The notes under the pieces were generated by a model. That model was not told the DNA's origin and ran no database searches. It saw only the letters and a program-made list of their open reading frames with translations. A stretch of 64,000 nucleotides of DNA, taken from assembly GCA_951406725.2 (NCBI GenBank), contig OX597818.1, positions 58,094,001-58,158,000 of the forward strand. The letters are read 5' to 3'. The DNA is from Octopus vulgaris (taxonomy: Eukaryota). The translations under genes were made by a program, and so were the position numbers. Of the stretch, positions 24,415 through 37,199 are shown piece after piece; position 1 is the stretch's first letter; each line of letters begins with the position of its first letter.

Positions 24415-24473
<59 letters not shown>
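24234..24473. repeat. Compound (TATC)n microsatellite
   Basis: (ctat)n with recurrent caatctgttt variants. Confidence 0.95.
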
Positions 24474-24695
24474 ATCTCTGACGGATGTGATGTCGTTTCA
24501 GCTCCGAAGGTAATCATTTATTTTGACTATTTAAAAGTGTATATTGACAAACATTTTGTGCTTAAAAGTTGTGTAACAACATCCACTGTAAACCTTTGAT
24601 AAATATCGACACAAAATTTTGCCCCTTGTGGGCAAAATTTAAAAGAAAAAATTCTCATAGCCTTCGTGGTTTCATTTAGCCATTTTATTTCCAAA

Positions 24696-26839
24696 ATGGC
24701 CACTGGCCACCACGAGGCTGAGTTGCAAGTCAAGCGTGACGCACAAACAGAAAAACAGGATGCTCTGTTAGCATACGCCGAACCTGACAACTCCACCACC
24801 ATCAACAGCAACAAATACAAAACAAAGGTCGCAAGGCCAAGCACCGTCAACACCATCAGTGAGTCCACCACCACCACCAACACCATGGCAGAATCTGCTA
24901 CTAAAACTGCTATCCCTACTAAAGATATCGCCACCAACAACAACACCAACATCACCATCACCGCCACCAAAGACCGTGCCGTCAATGCTACTAATACTAC
25001 CAACACCACCGCCGTCAACAAGAACGACAATAACAACAACAACAACAACAACAACAACGACGACAACAACAATTCCCTTCAACCACTGCTCACTCCATCA
25101 CCAACAAGTGAAAAAATAACGACGACAAGCAAACGAAATGTCGAAATTTGCCCTAGTGCAGGACTAAAGTACGCAGGCAATTTTCCACCCCTTCCTACTT
25201 GCACGATCGAACCAAACACACCAATTTTACAAACTGCAGCCAACAACAATAACAAAACAACAACAAATTTCGCTGAGGCGATTAAAGAAAAAAAAACAAC
25301 AATATACTTCACGGCTCAACAAATACAGGACACGAACATCAAAATAACAGAATCAGAAGGTATAGTAAAAATAAACATACCAGAAGATATTTTGGAAAAT
25401 GAAAAAAGACGAACAATCATTTATAAAATAGTTAACAAAAAAACAAAAATCCCAGAGAAGGCCAACACAAGCAAAATAGAGAAGTGCTTGAAACCCATCT
25501 GGGATCACAAAGAATATGTAACCTGGTGGAACAAATTTGCCCACATACAAGTTGTTTTCTACACCGAAGAGTTAGCTAGACATTTCTCAACGCTAACTCT
25601 TCACTCAGATGAACTCCAACTTACACCAAGCTATCGGGGACAGAAAGTGACTAAGATCACTCTAAACAATGTCCCCAAAATAGCCAATAGTCTATGGCTT
25701 GTAAAGGCCTTATGCGTAAAAATGGCGAATTATACTATTTTGGAAACCACAGTCACAGAGCATAAAAACTGGGTGGGAAAAAAAATAGATTTTCTTCTAC
25801 ATATACATCATGAAGATATAAAAAAAATACCCACCCAGATATGTGTATCAGACGACCACAAGTTATATGTGGTCGTCGATGGCAGAAGACCACGTTGCTA
25901 CATATGCGGCAGTGAGCAACACCTCAAAAAAGACTGCAAATCTGCCGCAAGAAAACAACAGCAACAACAACAGCAGCCGGAAACAAAAACAAATAAACAA
26001 GGTTTACTACCCACACCACTTTTTGCAGGAACAAACCTCACCAAACAAACAACCACACCAACTGCAGCACCAAGAACAGAAGCAGCATCACCAACAACAA
26101 CAACCAAGAATATACCAACTCCCAAACCAAGGACATCTGCCAAAAAGACACCCAGCAAAAATGAAGAAACAATTACAACTCCAAATCCCCACAAAATTGA
26201 GACCCTAAACAACACAACAATACCCACAATCACTCAAACACAAAATACCCAAACCCCACATCCAAAACCGCATACACCACAACCAAACGCTCACCAACCA
26301 ACACCAACAACAAAACCAACACAGTCGACAATAGACCCCAATACTTTCCCTCTTCCAGACTCCGATTCGTCGGATCTGTCATTAGACGAAGAAGACACGG
26401 AAGATTGGCAAATAGCCACAGGGGGGAGAAGAAAAAGGGGAAAAAAAGAAAAGAAAAAATAACAAACAAAGCGGGAAGATACACCACTCCCGAAACAAAA
26501 ACATCCACAGAAAACACACACATCAGCACAAACACACCATCATCAAACCCCCCAAAAATGTTGACAGCCATTAACACAAACAACCACGACCTAATGGAAC
26601 ACATTAGGTCAAACACTAACATTACTGAAAACGACACAAAAACAAGTAACCACCCACACACAACACCACCACAACACATTAAAATAATACACGTGACACA
26701 GAACACATACAGCACCCTGAAATCTCTTTACCCTGATGCAGTAGGGAGATTTCAAAAGTACTCATCGAAAAAACTGTATAAAAGCCTCATAGAAGAAGAC
26801 CGTGAGGTGAAAGACAAAGAACTTTCGAAAAACAAGTAA
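24696..26839 (+). CDS. Tx1 ORF1, gag-like protein with CCHC zinc knuckle (probable -1 frameshift near 26420-26460)
   Basis: ATG at 24696. CYICGSEQHLKKDC = CX2CX4HX4C, with T/N/P-rich linkers and an acidic then basic stretch. The ORF stops at 26462, but ORF 26405-26839 continues it if one base is added in a G/A homopolymer. Confidence 0.8.
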
Positions 26840-26880
26840 CCTTTTCTCTCTCCTTTTCCTTTTTGCACTTTTATCGGAAC

Positions 26881-29800
26881 ATGCTCAGAATAGGTAGTAT
26901 AAATGTACGTGGCTTGGGGTCGCCTTGGAAACAAGGCTACCTGTTAAATGACATCAAGTCACTAAATCTGAATATCATAGCCATCAGTGAGACCAGACTC
27001 CACAGCTTGCGGGCACTCCAGCACATTTTCGGTACACATTTCAACATTTATTTTTCTCCGTGTCTACCGAGAATGGGCGGAGGTGGCACCGCGGTGCTTA
27101 TCCGGAAGAGTCTGGATCTCAAAGTAAGAGCAAATTTCCTAGACCCGGAGGGTAGGCTGGTCGTCTTGGATGTCGATGGCAGCAATGAGTGTGCTTTTCG
27201 ACTGATAGCAGTTTATGCTCCGTCCTTAACAGGCCGACCAGATTTCTTTCGACGTCTAGAGTCTTTCATGGGAACGTCTCGTCCTTTACTTTTAGTGGGG
27301 GATTGGAATGCCACCCTGGACACGCATCTAGACTACGTGGGCAGAGATAGCAATAGAAGGGGATGCAAATGCCTCAAAGACCTGCTCAGACGTTTCCAAC
27401 TGTCTGACAGGTACCGACTGGACCACCCGAATGTGCCAATGTGGACATGGAGTAACCGCATCGGGTCGTCCAGATCATACTTAGATAGAGTATTCTGTAG
27501 GACAATAGATAAAAATAGTGTAGGTTGTCCACAATTTCATATAGTCAGTTACACAGATCACAAGTTTGTGACTTGTACACTTGACTTAGATAAGACACAT
27601 AGGCAGGGTCCTGGTTACTGGAAACTGAACGCGTCTTTTACAGCACGACAGGTTTACAGGGACCGGATCAGCACATTAGTTAAGAGAGCTTTGACGGGTA
27701 CCATCATCAACAACAGATGGTGGTATGCCCTAAAAAAGCGATTAAAGCAGAATCAGTCAGATACAGTAGAGCCCTAGCATTAGACCGAAATAGAATAGAG
27801 GGAGATTTAGTTAAGGTTTTAGAAGAGGCACTTAGAACTGGCATCGCGTCCAACGTACTGGCGGCGAGATTGGCCCTCGACCAACACCTCAACGCCAAAC
27901 ACGAGGGATGCGTTGTCAGAGCTAGGATGCGTGCTCTGAGGAACGAAGGAGTTGGAGCCGCCCAAGAGGCCCGAGTGGTGGAGACGCAACGAGGCAACAG
28001 AGCCACCATCAAGTCTCTTATAGATGAACAGGGGCGCGAATTGCTCGAGCCTAAAAGGATGTGTGGGGTTTTTCAACAACACTTCACCCAACTGTTTGGG
28101 ACAAGTGGTGAGTCAGAAAGCAGAGTGGACTTTAGTGCCTACCTGCATGCCTTGCCACGACTCTCAGCAAGGGAGGTGGAGTCTTGTGAAAAGCCTATCA
28201 CAGCTGCGGACGTACAGGATGCGATGGTAGGCTGCGCGAGAGACAAGTCACCAGGCTTGGATGGTCTGCCCTACGAATTTTATTTTCATATGCCAGACTT
28301 GTTTGGAGGCGTCTTGGCAGCTGTCTACTGCAACTGGCAGCAGAACGGGAGTATTCCTGCTTTTGTAAAGCGAGGAGCAGTGGCACTGATCAAGAAAGAC
28401 CCAAACAAGGGGGACGTCATAGATAATTTCAGGCCCATCACTCTGCTCAACGCAGATTTGAAAATTTTGGCCAAGGTGTTAGCCGAGAGGTTGGCGCTTG
28501 TCATCAAGAAACTAATCGACAAGGCGCAAACATGCGCCGTGCCGGGTAGAAGTATTCATGACAACCTCCATCTGATGCGCTATATCATAGACAGGGTAGT
28601 TAAAAATCCTGGCATGGGTGGGGCGCTGATCAATTTGGATCAATCAAAAGCCTTCGATAGGGTAGACCATCACTACTTGGAGGCTGTCCTCAAAGCGGCT
28701 GGTTTCGGTCCAGTTTTCCGCGGTTGGATCGCTGCCTTATACAGCGGCATCCGCTCAGTAGTTCGCGTAAATGGTCATCTATCCAGACCTTTTAACATCA
28801 TGCGTTCGGTTCATCAGGGATGCCCCCTCTCATCGCTGCTGTATGTACTGACTCTTGAGCCACTACTGCGGAAACTGGCGACGCTGAGGGGCATCCCACG
28901 AGAGCTGGGATGCGGGAGGAGCGTGTCTGCATACGCGGATGACGTCACCGTCATAGTGTCGAGCTACGAGCACATCGAGCTGGTCGGCGAGACACTGAAA
29001 GAATACGAAGCGGTAACGGGAGCAAAAATTAACCGGGAAAAGTCAGTGGGCTTGCGGCTCGGCACCTGGAGAAGCAAGCCCATGCCGTCCAACAGCGTCT
29101 CCATCGTGGGACGCTGGACGGACGGACCGGTTAAATTGCTCGGGGTCTGGTTCGGTCCGGACCTCCAAATGGAGAAGAACTGGGGCGAGATAACGACTAG
29201 GGTGGCTACTCTCACCCAGAAATGGACTGAGAGAAAGCTATCCCTAAAAGGTCGGGCGGAGGTGGCGAACGCGTACATCGCATCCGTCATCGAGTATCGT
29301 CTGACCGTCGTGCCTTGTCCCGACCCTACCATCACCAAACTGGAACGCATACTCTTCCGCTTCTTGTGGAAGGGAAACGTTCCGATGGTTAGGCGATCCA
29401 TTTGCTGCCAACACCCGCTAAATGGAGGGCTGGTTGAGTTGCTCGGGGTCTGGTTCGGTCCGGACCTCCAAATGGAGAAGAACTGGGGCGAGATAACGAC
29501 TAGGGTGGCTACTCTCACCCAGAAATGGACTGAGAGAAAGCTATCCCTAAAAGGTCGGGCGGAGGTGGCGAACGCGTACATCGCATCCGTCATCGAGTAT
29601 CGTCTGACCGTCGTGCCTTGTCCCGACCCTACCATCACCAAACTGGAACGCATACTCTTCCGCTTCTTGTGGAAGGGAAACGTTCCGATGGTTAGGCGAT
29701 CCATTTGCTGCCAACACCCGCTAAATGGAGGGCTGGGCATGCCGTGGTTGATGATGCGCAGACATGCGCTGAGACTGCGACATCTCCGGCGCTTCATAGA

Positions 29801-30620
29801 CAACGGTGAACAGGGGTGGTCGCCTTTTGTGCGGCGCGCTTTCCCGCAGCTCGTCTCCTTGGACGAACTACAGTCATGGATCAAGCAGAGACCGAGGCTA
29901 GGCGAATGGCACCGCGAGTGTCGCGTTGCTCTCAAGCAACTCTGCCGTCCGGGATCGAACTTGTGCGACTCCATCACAACAAAGGCATTCTATAGAGGAT
30001 TAGTGGAGGGGAGGTGCGACGACGAACTCGGGCAGAGTCTGGGCGTCGACGAAGAACACCTGACCCGCCTGTTCAGGACAACTTTCGGGCCGGGACCTAT
30101 GAACAATCATCAAAGATCCCTGGCCTGGCAGTGCTATCGAGAAGCATTACCTGTTCGGGATAAGCTCTACAGACACGGTTCCAGACACACTGGACCGACT
30201 TGCCCGAGATGCGGTCAGAGCGACGAAACCGTTCTGCACGCACTCGTGCAATGTCCAACCATTTCCGACCTGTGGGCTTATGCCGAACGGCTGCTGTCAC
30301 GTGTGGGACGAATCCGCCTATCGGCCGAGTCTATCGTCAGAATTGCTCCGCCCCCTTCCCTCAACCGGGAAGGCAAGGCAGTTTTCATCGTACTGGTGGC
30401 CATGGTGAAAGAATGTGTGTGGTGGACTCGAGCGAAAGGATTAGAGACAAACACTTACCTCTCTGGCCAATCGCTCATCAACTTTTTCAAGTACCACTTG
30501 AAAAGGAAGGTGAGAATGGAGAGGGAAGTTTTGTCTCGCGAAAGATTCAAAAAAAGATGGGTGAATGTTGCAAAGATGGTGCGTGCTAGTAACGAAACCA
30601 TTTTGAGCATGATCCTGTAG
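26881..30620 (+). CDS. Tx1 ORF2: APE endonuclease + reverse transcriptase + C-terminal zinc finger (one frameshift, one in-frame duplication)
   Basis: APE motifs SINVRGL, ISET, VYAP, GDWN, LDR, TDH. GPGYWKLN. RT motifs SPGLDGLP, RPITLLN, DQSKAFDRV, QGCPLS, YADD. CPRC...ETVLHALVQC. Frameshift in the A-run at 27732-27737. Confidence 0.92.
29129..29736 (+). repeat. 303-bp (101-codon) tandem duplication inside Tx1 ORF2
   Basis: 29129-29433 repeats at 29432-29736, identical by eye except the first bases (ggttaaattg vs ggttgagttg). Confidence 0.95.
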
Positions 30621-30924
30621 ATCGTAAAAAAGAAAGAAAGAGAGCATTTTTGACCTCATGTGTTTATTTCCTCCCTGACTGGGGTTCCCGTGGTCTTTTC
30701 TGTAGGCTTTTCTTCCCACGGATGAACCCAATCTTGTTATATCAATGTTTACACCATTATTTCTGTGATACACGATTTTCTTTTTTTTCCTTTTTTTTTC
30801 CTCCTCTCGATCCCTTTTGATCGCAATCATACATTTTTTTATTTTTTTCCACCCTCGAAAAGAAAAGCTCTGCATTTGTATTTGTCCCCTCTGTATTCAG
30901 CCCTGTGTGGCTAATAAAAGAAAG

Positions 30925-30952
30925 TTATCTATCTATCAATCTGTTTATCTAT

Positions 30953-30989
<37 letters not shown>

Positions 30990-30996
30990 AATCTGT

Positions 30997-31052
<56 letters not shown>

Positions 31053-31100
31053 ATATCTATCTATCTATCTATCTGTTTATCTATATATCTATGAATCTGT

Positions 31101-31150
<50 letters not shown>

Positions 31151-31176
31151 GTTTATCTATATATCTATGAATCTGT

Positions 31177-31220
<44 letters not shown>
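30925..31220. repeat. Compound (TATC)n microsatellite
   Basis: (ctat)n with caatctgttt / gaatctgttt variants. Confidence 0.95.
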
Positions 31221-32224
31221 TAGTGGAGGGGAGGTGCGACGACGAACTCGGGCAGAGTCTGGGCGTCGACGAAGAACACCTGACCCGCCTGTTCAGGACA
31301 ACTTTCGGGCCGGGACCTATGAACAATCATCAAAGATCCCTGGCCTGGCAGTGCTATCGAGAAGCATTACCTGTTCGGGATAAGCATTACCTGTTCGGCC
31401 TGTTCAGGACGACTTTCGGGCCAGGGCCCATGGACAACTTCCAGAGATCCCTGGCCTGGCAGTGCTACCGAGAAGCGCTACCCGTTCGGGATAAGCTCTA
31501 CAGACACGGCTCGAGAAACACGGGGCCGACCTGCCCGAGATGCGGTCAGAGCGACGAAACCGTTCTGCACGCACTCGTTCAGTGTCCAACAATTTCCGAC
31601 CTGTGGGCTTATGTCGAACAACTGCTGTCACGTGTGGGACGAGTCGGTTTATCAGCTGAGTCTATCGTCAATATTGTCACGCCTCCTTCCTTCAAACGGG
31701 AAGGAAGAGCTATTTTCATCATCCTTGTGGCTATGGCGAAAGAATGTATCTGGTGGACGCGTCTGAAAGGATTGGAGACAAACACTTTCCTCTCTGGTCA
31801 ATCTCTCATCAACTTCTTCAAGTACCACTTGAAAAGGAAAGTGAGAGTAGAGAGGCAAGTTTTGTCTAGCGAATGTTTTAAAAAAAGATGGGTGAATGTA
31901 GCAAGAATGGCACGTATGAATGACGAAGCCACCTTGAGCATAGTCCTATGAACCCAGAAATCGAAAACAGAGAGTTGCTTATTTGCAAAAAAAAAAAAAA
32001 GAAATATAAAATGTGACTTCATTGACCGAGGTTACCGTGGTCTTTTCCGTAGGCTTTTCTTTCCACGGGTAAACCTCACCTGTCCTCCCCTTTACACTTC
32101 ATATTGACATTTCTGTGATAACGATCCCTATTGATCAATTTTTTTTCCTCTCCCCCTTTTTTTAACCCCCTTTTTTTGTCCTCTTTCTCTCCTTTTACGA
32201 TCCCTTTTGATCGAAACTCCCCTT

Positions 32225-32258
<34 letters not shown>

Positions 32259-32328
32259 CTTCAAAAGAAAAGCTCTACCTTGTAATTTGTTCTATCTGTG
32301 TGCAGCCCTGTGTGGCTAATAAAGAAAC
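31221..32328 (+). mobile_element. Tx1-family 5'-truncated, chimeric copy (copy 3 of tandem cluster)
   Basis: 31221-31385 is identical to 30001-30165. It then restarts with a diverged subfamily encoding CPRC...H...C to the stop at 31951. 3'UTR ends cagccctgtgtggctaataaagaaac. Confidence 0.92.
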
Positions 32329-32380
32329 ATATCTATCTATCTATCTATCTATCTGTTTATCTATATATCTATCAATCTGT

Positions 32381-32445
<65 letters not shown>

Positions 32446-32452
32446 AATCTGT

Positions 32453-32486
<34 letters not shown>

Positions 32487-32568
32487 GTTTATCTATATAT
32501 CTATCAATCTGTTTATCTATCTATCTATCTATCTATCTATCTGTTTATCTATATATCTATCAATCTGT

Positions 32569-32610
<42 letters not shown>

Positions 32611-32645
32611 GTTTATCTATCTATCTATATATCTGTTTATCTATA

Positions 32646-32694
<49 letters not shown>

Positions 32695-32720
32695 GTTTAT
32701 CTATATATCTATCAATCTGT

Positions 32721-32789
<69 letters not shown>

Positions 32790-32840
32790 AATATGTTTAT
32801 CTATCTATTATCTATCAATATGTTTATCTTTCTATCTATC
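32329..32840. repeat. Compound (TATC)n microsatellite
   Basis: (ctat)n with caatctgttt and ctatatatct variants. Confidence 0.95.
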
Positions 32841-33642
32841 TCTTTAGTTATTTACATGTTCATTTTGCGTGGAGTGGCAGGATAGATGTCCAACGGTTCT
32901 CACTTTATTAAAGAAAAGTTACTAAGTACAATTATAGCAGTTTTGGAGCCATTAATGATGATGTGCCTATAATTGCTCATAATTATACAGACAGAATCTT
33001 CTCTCGAACTGCCAAGATATTGAAAACCAATCCTTACATTTAAATTCTATATAGTTATAGTTAGACATGAGATAGCTTTATACGATATATTTCTCAACAT
33101 TTGATGTAACCTTTCCATTTTCTTTTTAGACGTTTGGCATCCATTGAAATAAATACCATAAATGTATTATGCCGACTGCTGGAGAGTATTGTTCGCCTTT
33201 TAGGCAATAAAATGCTGTTAGTTGAATTCTTTTATGTGCAGGGTTCCAATATCTCATAACTTAATTTTACTTTGCAAAATTAATGTGAACAGAACCAGTC
33301 AATTAAAGAATAATTATTGAAGGTTAATGAATATGCAACTCGAAGCAATCGATTATCTTCATCCCGTATACTAAGAGTCCAGTCGCTGAGTTCAATAATA
33401 GAATAAAATAATTAAATGAACAGATTGAAAAATTCAGTACGGGTTGCAAAGAATCTGACAAGTTTAATGTTATTTTGAGAAAGTAATATTTAGTTGTGCA
33501 AACCAAATAAAATATAATCATTGTACATTAGCCGAGTACAGACATTATTTGACTTAGATGGTTTGCATAAATCACAGAACGACTAAGAGTCTCGATGCTT
33601 CAGCTTCCTCTCTCTCTGTCTCTCTGTCTCTCTCTCTGTCTC

Positions 33643-33698
<56 letters not shown>

Positions 33699-33701
<3 letters not shown>

Positions 33702-33936
33702 TCAGAGAAGAATACAGTGTACATCAAACACATAAAAAATAGGATATCTGACTCACTAGAAAGAGCAGTTAAAACTCCAAGCCACAAATAGGGTAAAAGT
33801 TTTTATTTTTCATTCTCTTTCGGAATTCCAACTATTAGTGGGTTGGAGTTTTAACTGCTCTTTCTAGTGAGTCAGATATCCTATTTTTGGGTTATCTCCT
33901 ATGTGTTTGAATGTACACTGTATTCTTCTCTGAATA
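33699..33936. repeat. Inverted repeat (fold-back) abutting (TC)n/(TA)n
   Basis: 33699-33790 pairs with 33832-33936 (aaaaataggatatctgactcactagaaagagcagttaaaactccaa and its reverse complement). Confidence 0.9.
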
Positions 33937-34351
33937 ATGTATAGTATATTGACTAAATGTTTCCTTTTCGCTAGACCACTGGTAACAAAGAATTTTTCTA
34001 TAAATATTTTGCTACCCTAAGACTTTACATATATATTAAAAACAGTGTATATTTATACACAAAAGAGGTGACTCCTAACAGGACAACTTACATGCTAGAA
34101 GGAAGAGTTAAAGTGAAAACCAAGGTTAAGGGTAATTTCGAAAGGGGTGAGAATTAAAGACATTTTCAACAGTTACCACTTGTACCAAGGTTTTGGACAT
34201 TAATGTGCAAATAAAATAGTCTGTTTATCTGTGTCCTTCATCAGCAAGGACCGATAAACAACATATAATTATGGGACAAGAGAGAACATGTACTATCTTT
34301 ATACATTCTAATTCTTTAAGTCCACCGCGAACAAATATGCGTATATATATC

Positions 34352-34968
<617 letters not shown>

Positions 34969-34982
34969 TATATATATATATC

Positions 34983-35024
<42 letters not shown>

Positions 35025-35050
35025 GAGTGTGTGTGTGTATGTATTTATAC

Positions 35051-35268
35051 ATATATAAGGATAAGATCGATAATTAAATACCGATCTTATCAGGTGGCCA
35101 GCATGGTAATAAAAAACATTTCAAAGGTAATAATTATTTAAAATTATAATTTAGGCTATTTAAGAGATACCATCACGCTGAAAGGTTTGAAAAATTTTTT
35201 TTGTATTCCCATGCTGGCCACCTGATAAGATCGGTATTTAAATATCGATTTTATCCTTATTTATATAT
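35051..35268. repeat. Inverted repeat (fold-back) between (TA)n tracts
   Basis: Perfect core taaataccgatcttatcaggtggccagcatgg (35075-35106) pairs with 35209-35240, with imperfect extensions. Confidence 0.9.
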
Positions 35269-35277
35269 AATTTTAAA

Positions 35278-35341
<64 letters not shown>

Positions 35342-36006
35342 CATGTTTTCGGGCACGCTTCCCAACATTTATATTTGGTAAAATATTATATTGAACTTAA
35401 TATTATTTACTTATCGAACGAGTTTCACTTCAAAAATGTTCTGTCTAGTTACCTAATGTGAAGACTAGAGCTAAACCATTGGTAACTTGAAAATATGGAA
35501 AAAAAAAAAATTTAATGACCAAGAATAAAGTATACTAAACTACATCAAACGTATTATTTGATATAATTGCATTAAAACGAAGTGGAGAATGTGTGTAACA
35601 TAGATGGAAATGAAGATCAGATATGGCCATAATTTTAATGCATCTGTACATTTTAACAGAAAATACATGCAGAGATTGGATGTAGGAAGAATCTTGATTT
35701 TAAAGAAGAGAATCAAAGTATTATTACAGATAAAATAAAAACGAAATACATTTATATCTTTGTTACTGTTATATCTCCAACATAGACAACGTCTCTCTCC
35801 TCAATATTGCACCACTACTATGCAAATAATGCATGCATCTAAAGTATAATTATCGTCATTTTTATCATAATATTCAATGTCCATACCAGTATGCCGTTAT
35901 TATCTTTAAATATATGAATATTGAAGTTAAATTTACTTCTAAAATTAGTGACAGCAACATCATTCTCTAACTGCAGGGTGAAGAACCTATAAGGTTTGTA
36001 TGTATG

Positions 36007-36058
<52 letters not shown>

Positions 36059-36107
36059 TATGGATTTATGCATGTACGTGTATAGATATATGGATGTATG
36101 TATGTAC

Positions 36108-36141
<34 letters not shown>

Positions 36142-36165
36142 GTATATATAAATATATATATATAC

Positions 36166-36249
<84 letters not shown>

Positions 36250-36683
36250 ATGTATGCATGTACGTATATATATATATATATGTGTGGGGGGGTGTATATG
36301 CGTATGTGTGTGTGTTTGAGCGTGTGTGTATATAAATGGCTGTAAATGTATGCATCTGTATAATTATGTATCAATGTGCACATAGATGTATATTTAGTAC
36401 AATAATTTAATTGAGTCAGCGATTTTCTAATGCAAGGGAAATACTACCAACATATTCGCTGATTCTGCATTTATTATTGATCAGGTACGGGTATCTTATC
36501 CGAACTAATTCAAAAGAAACGTCTCTATAATTGTTTGAATTTGTAAAACCAACTCTTCTTTAAAAATGTATTTCAATAGCTAGCATTATATGATATTATC
36601 TGTTGCAAAATATAGATATCTGAGGCAAAGTTATGTAACAGAGTCTGTATTGATAGATACTTGGTATAAATAAGTGAAATATA

Positions 36684-36872
36684 GGCGCAGGAGTGGCTGT
36701 GTGGTAGGTAGCTTGCTTACCAACCACATGGTTCGGGGTACATTCCCACTGCGTGGCAACTTGGGCAATTGTCTTCTACTATAGCCTCGGGCCGCCCAAA
36801 GCTTTGTGAGTGGATTTCGTAGACGGAAACAGGAAGAAGCCCGTCGTATATATGTATGTGTATTTTATATAT

Positions 36873-36960
<88 letters not shown>

Positions 36961-37199
36961 GTGTGTGTGTGTGTGCGTGTGTGTGTGTGTGTGTGTTGTA
37001 TGTTTGTGTGTGTGTGTTTGTCCTCCCAATATCACTTGACAATCGATGCTGGTGTGTTTACGTACCCGTAACTTTGCGGTTCGGCGAAAGCGACTGATAG
37101 AATAAGTACTAGGCTTACAAACAATAATGCTGGATTAGATTTGCTCGACTAAAGGCGGTGCTCCACCATGGCCGCATTCAAATGACTGAAACAAGTAAA
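36684..37199 (+). mobile_element. SINE family C, full length, with internal (TA)n/(TG)n
   Basis: tRNA-like head ggcgcaggagtggctgtgtggt, CORE-like cttgggcaa.tgtctt, internal microsatellite, tail ggcggtgctcca.catggccgca.tcaaatgactgaaacaag. Confidence 0.92.

Larger units (their letters stand above)
24474..30924 (+). mobile_element. Near-full-length Tx1/L1-clade non-LTR retrotransposon
   Basis: About 220-bp 5'UTR, ORF1, pyrimidine-rich spacer, ORF2 and T-rich 3'UTR ending ...cagccctgtgtggctaataaaagaaag. (TATC)n on both sides. Confidence 0.95.

Noticed and set aside
28964-29977. 337-aa antisense ORF
   Set aside because: Shadow of GC-rich Tx1 ORF2, lengthened by the 303-bp duplication.
32207-32911. 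Long IYLS/YLSI ORFs (also the YIYI, VCVC and IIII ORFs elsewhere)
   Set aside because: Stop-free frames of (TATC)n, (TA)n, (TG)n and (ATT)n microsatellites.
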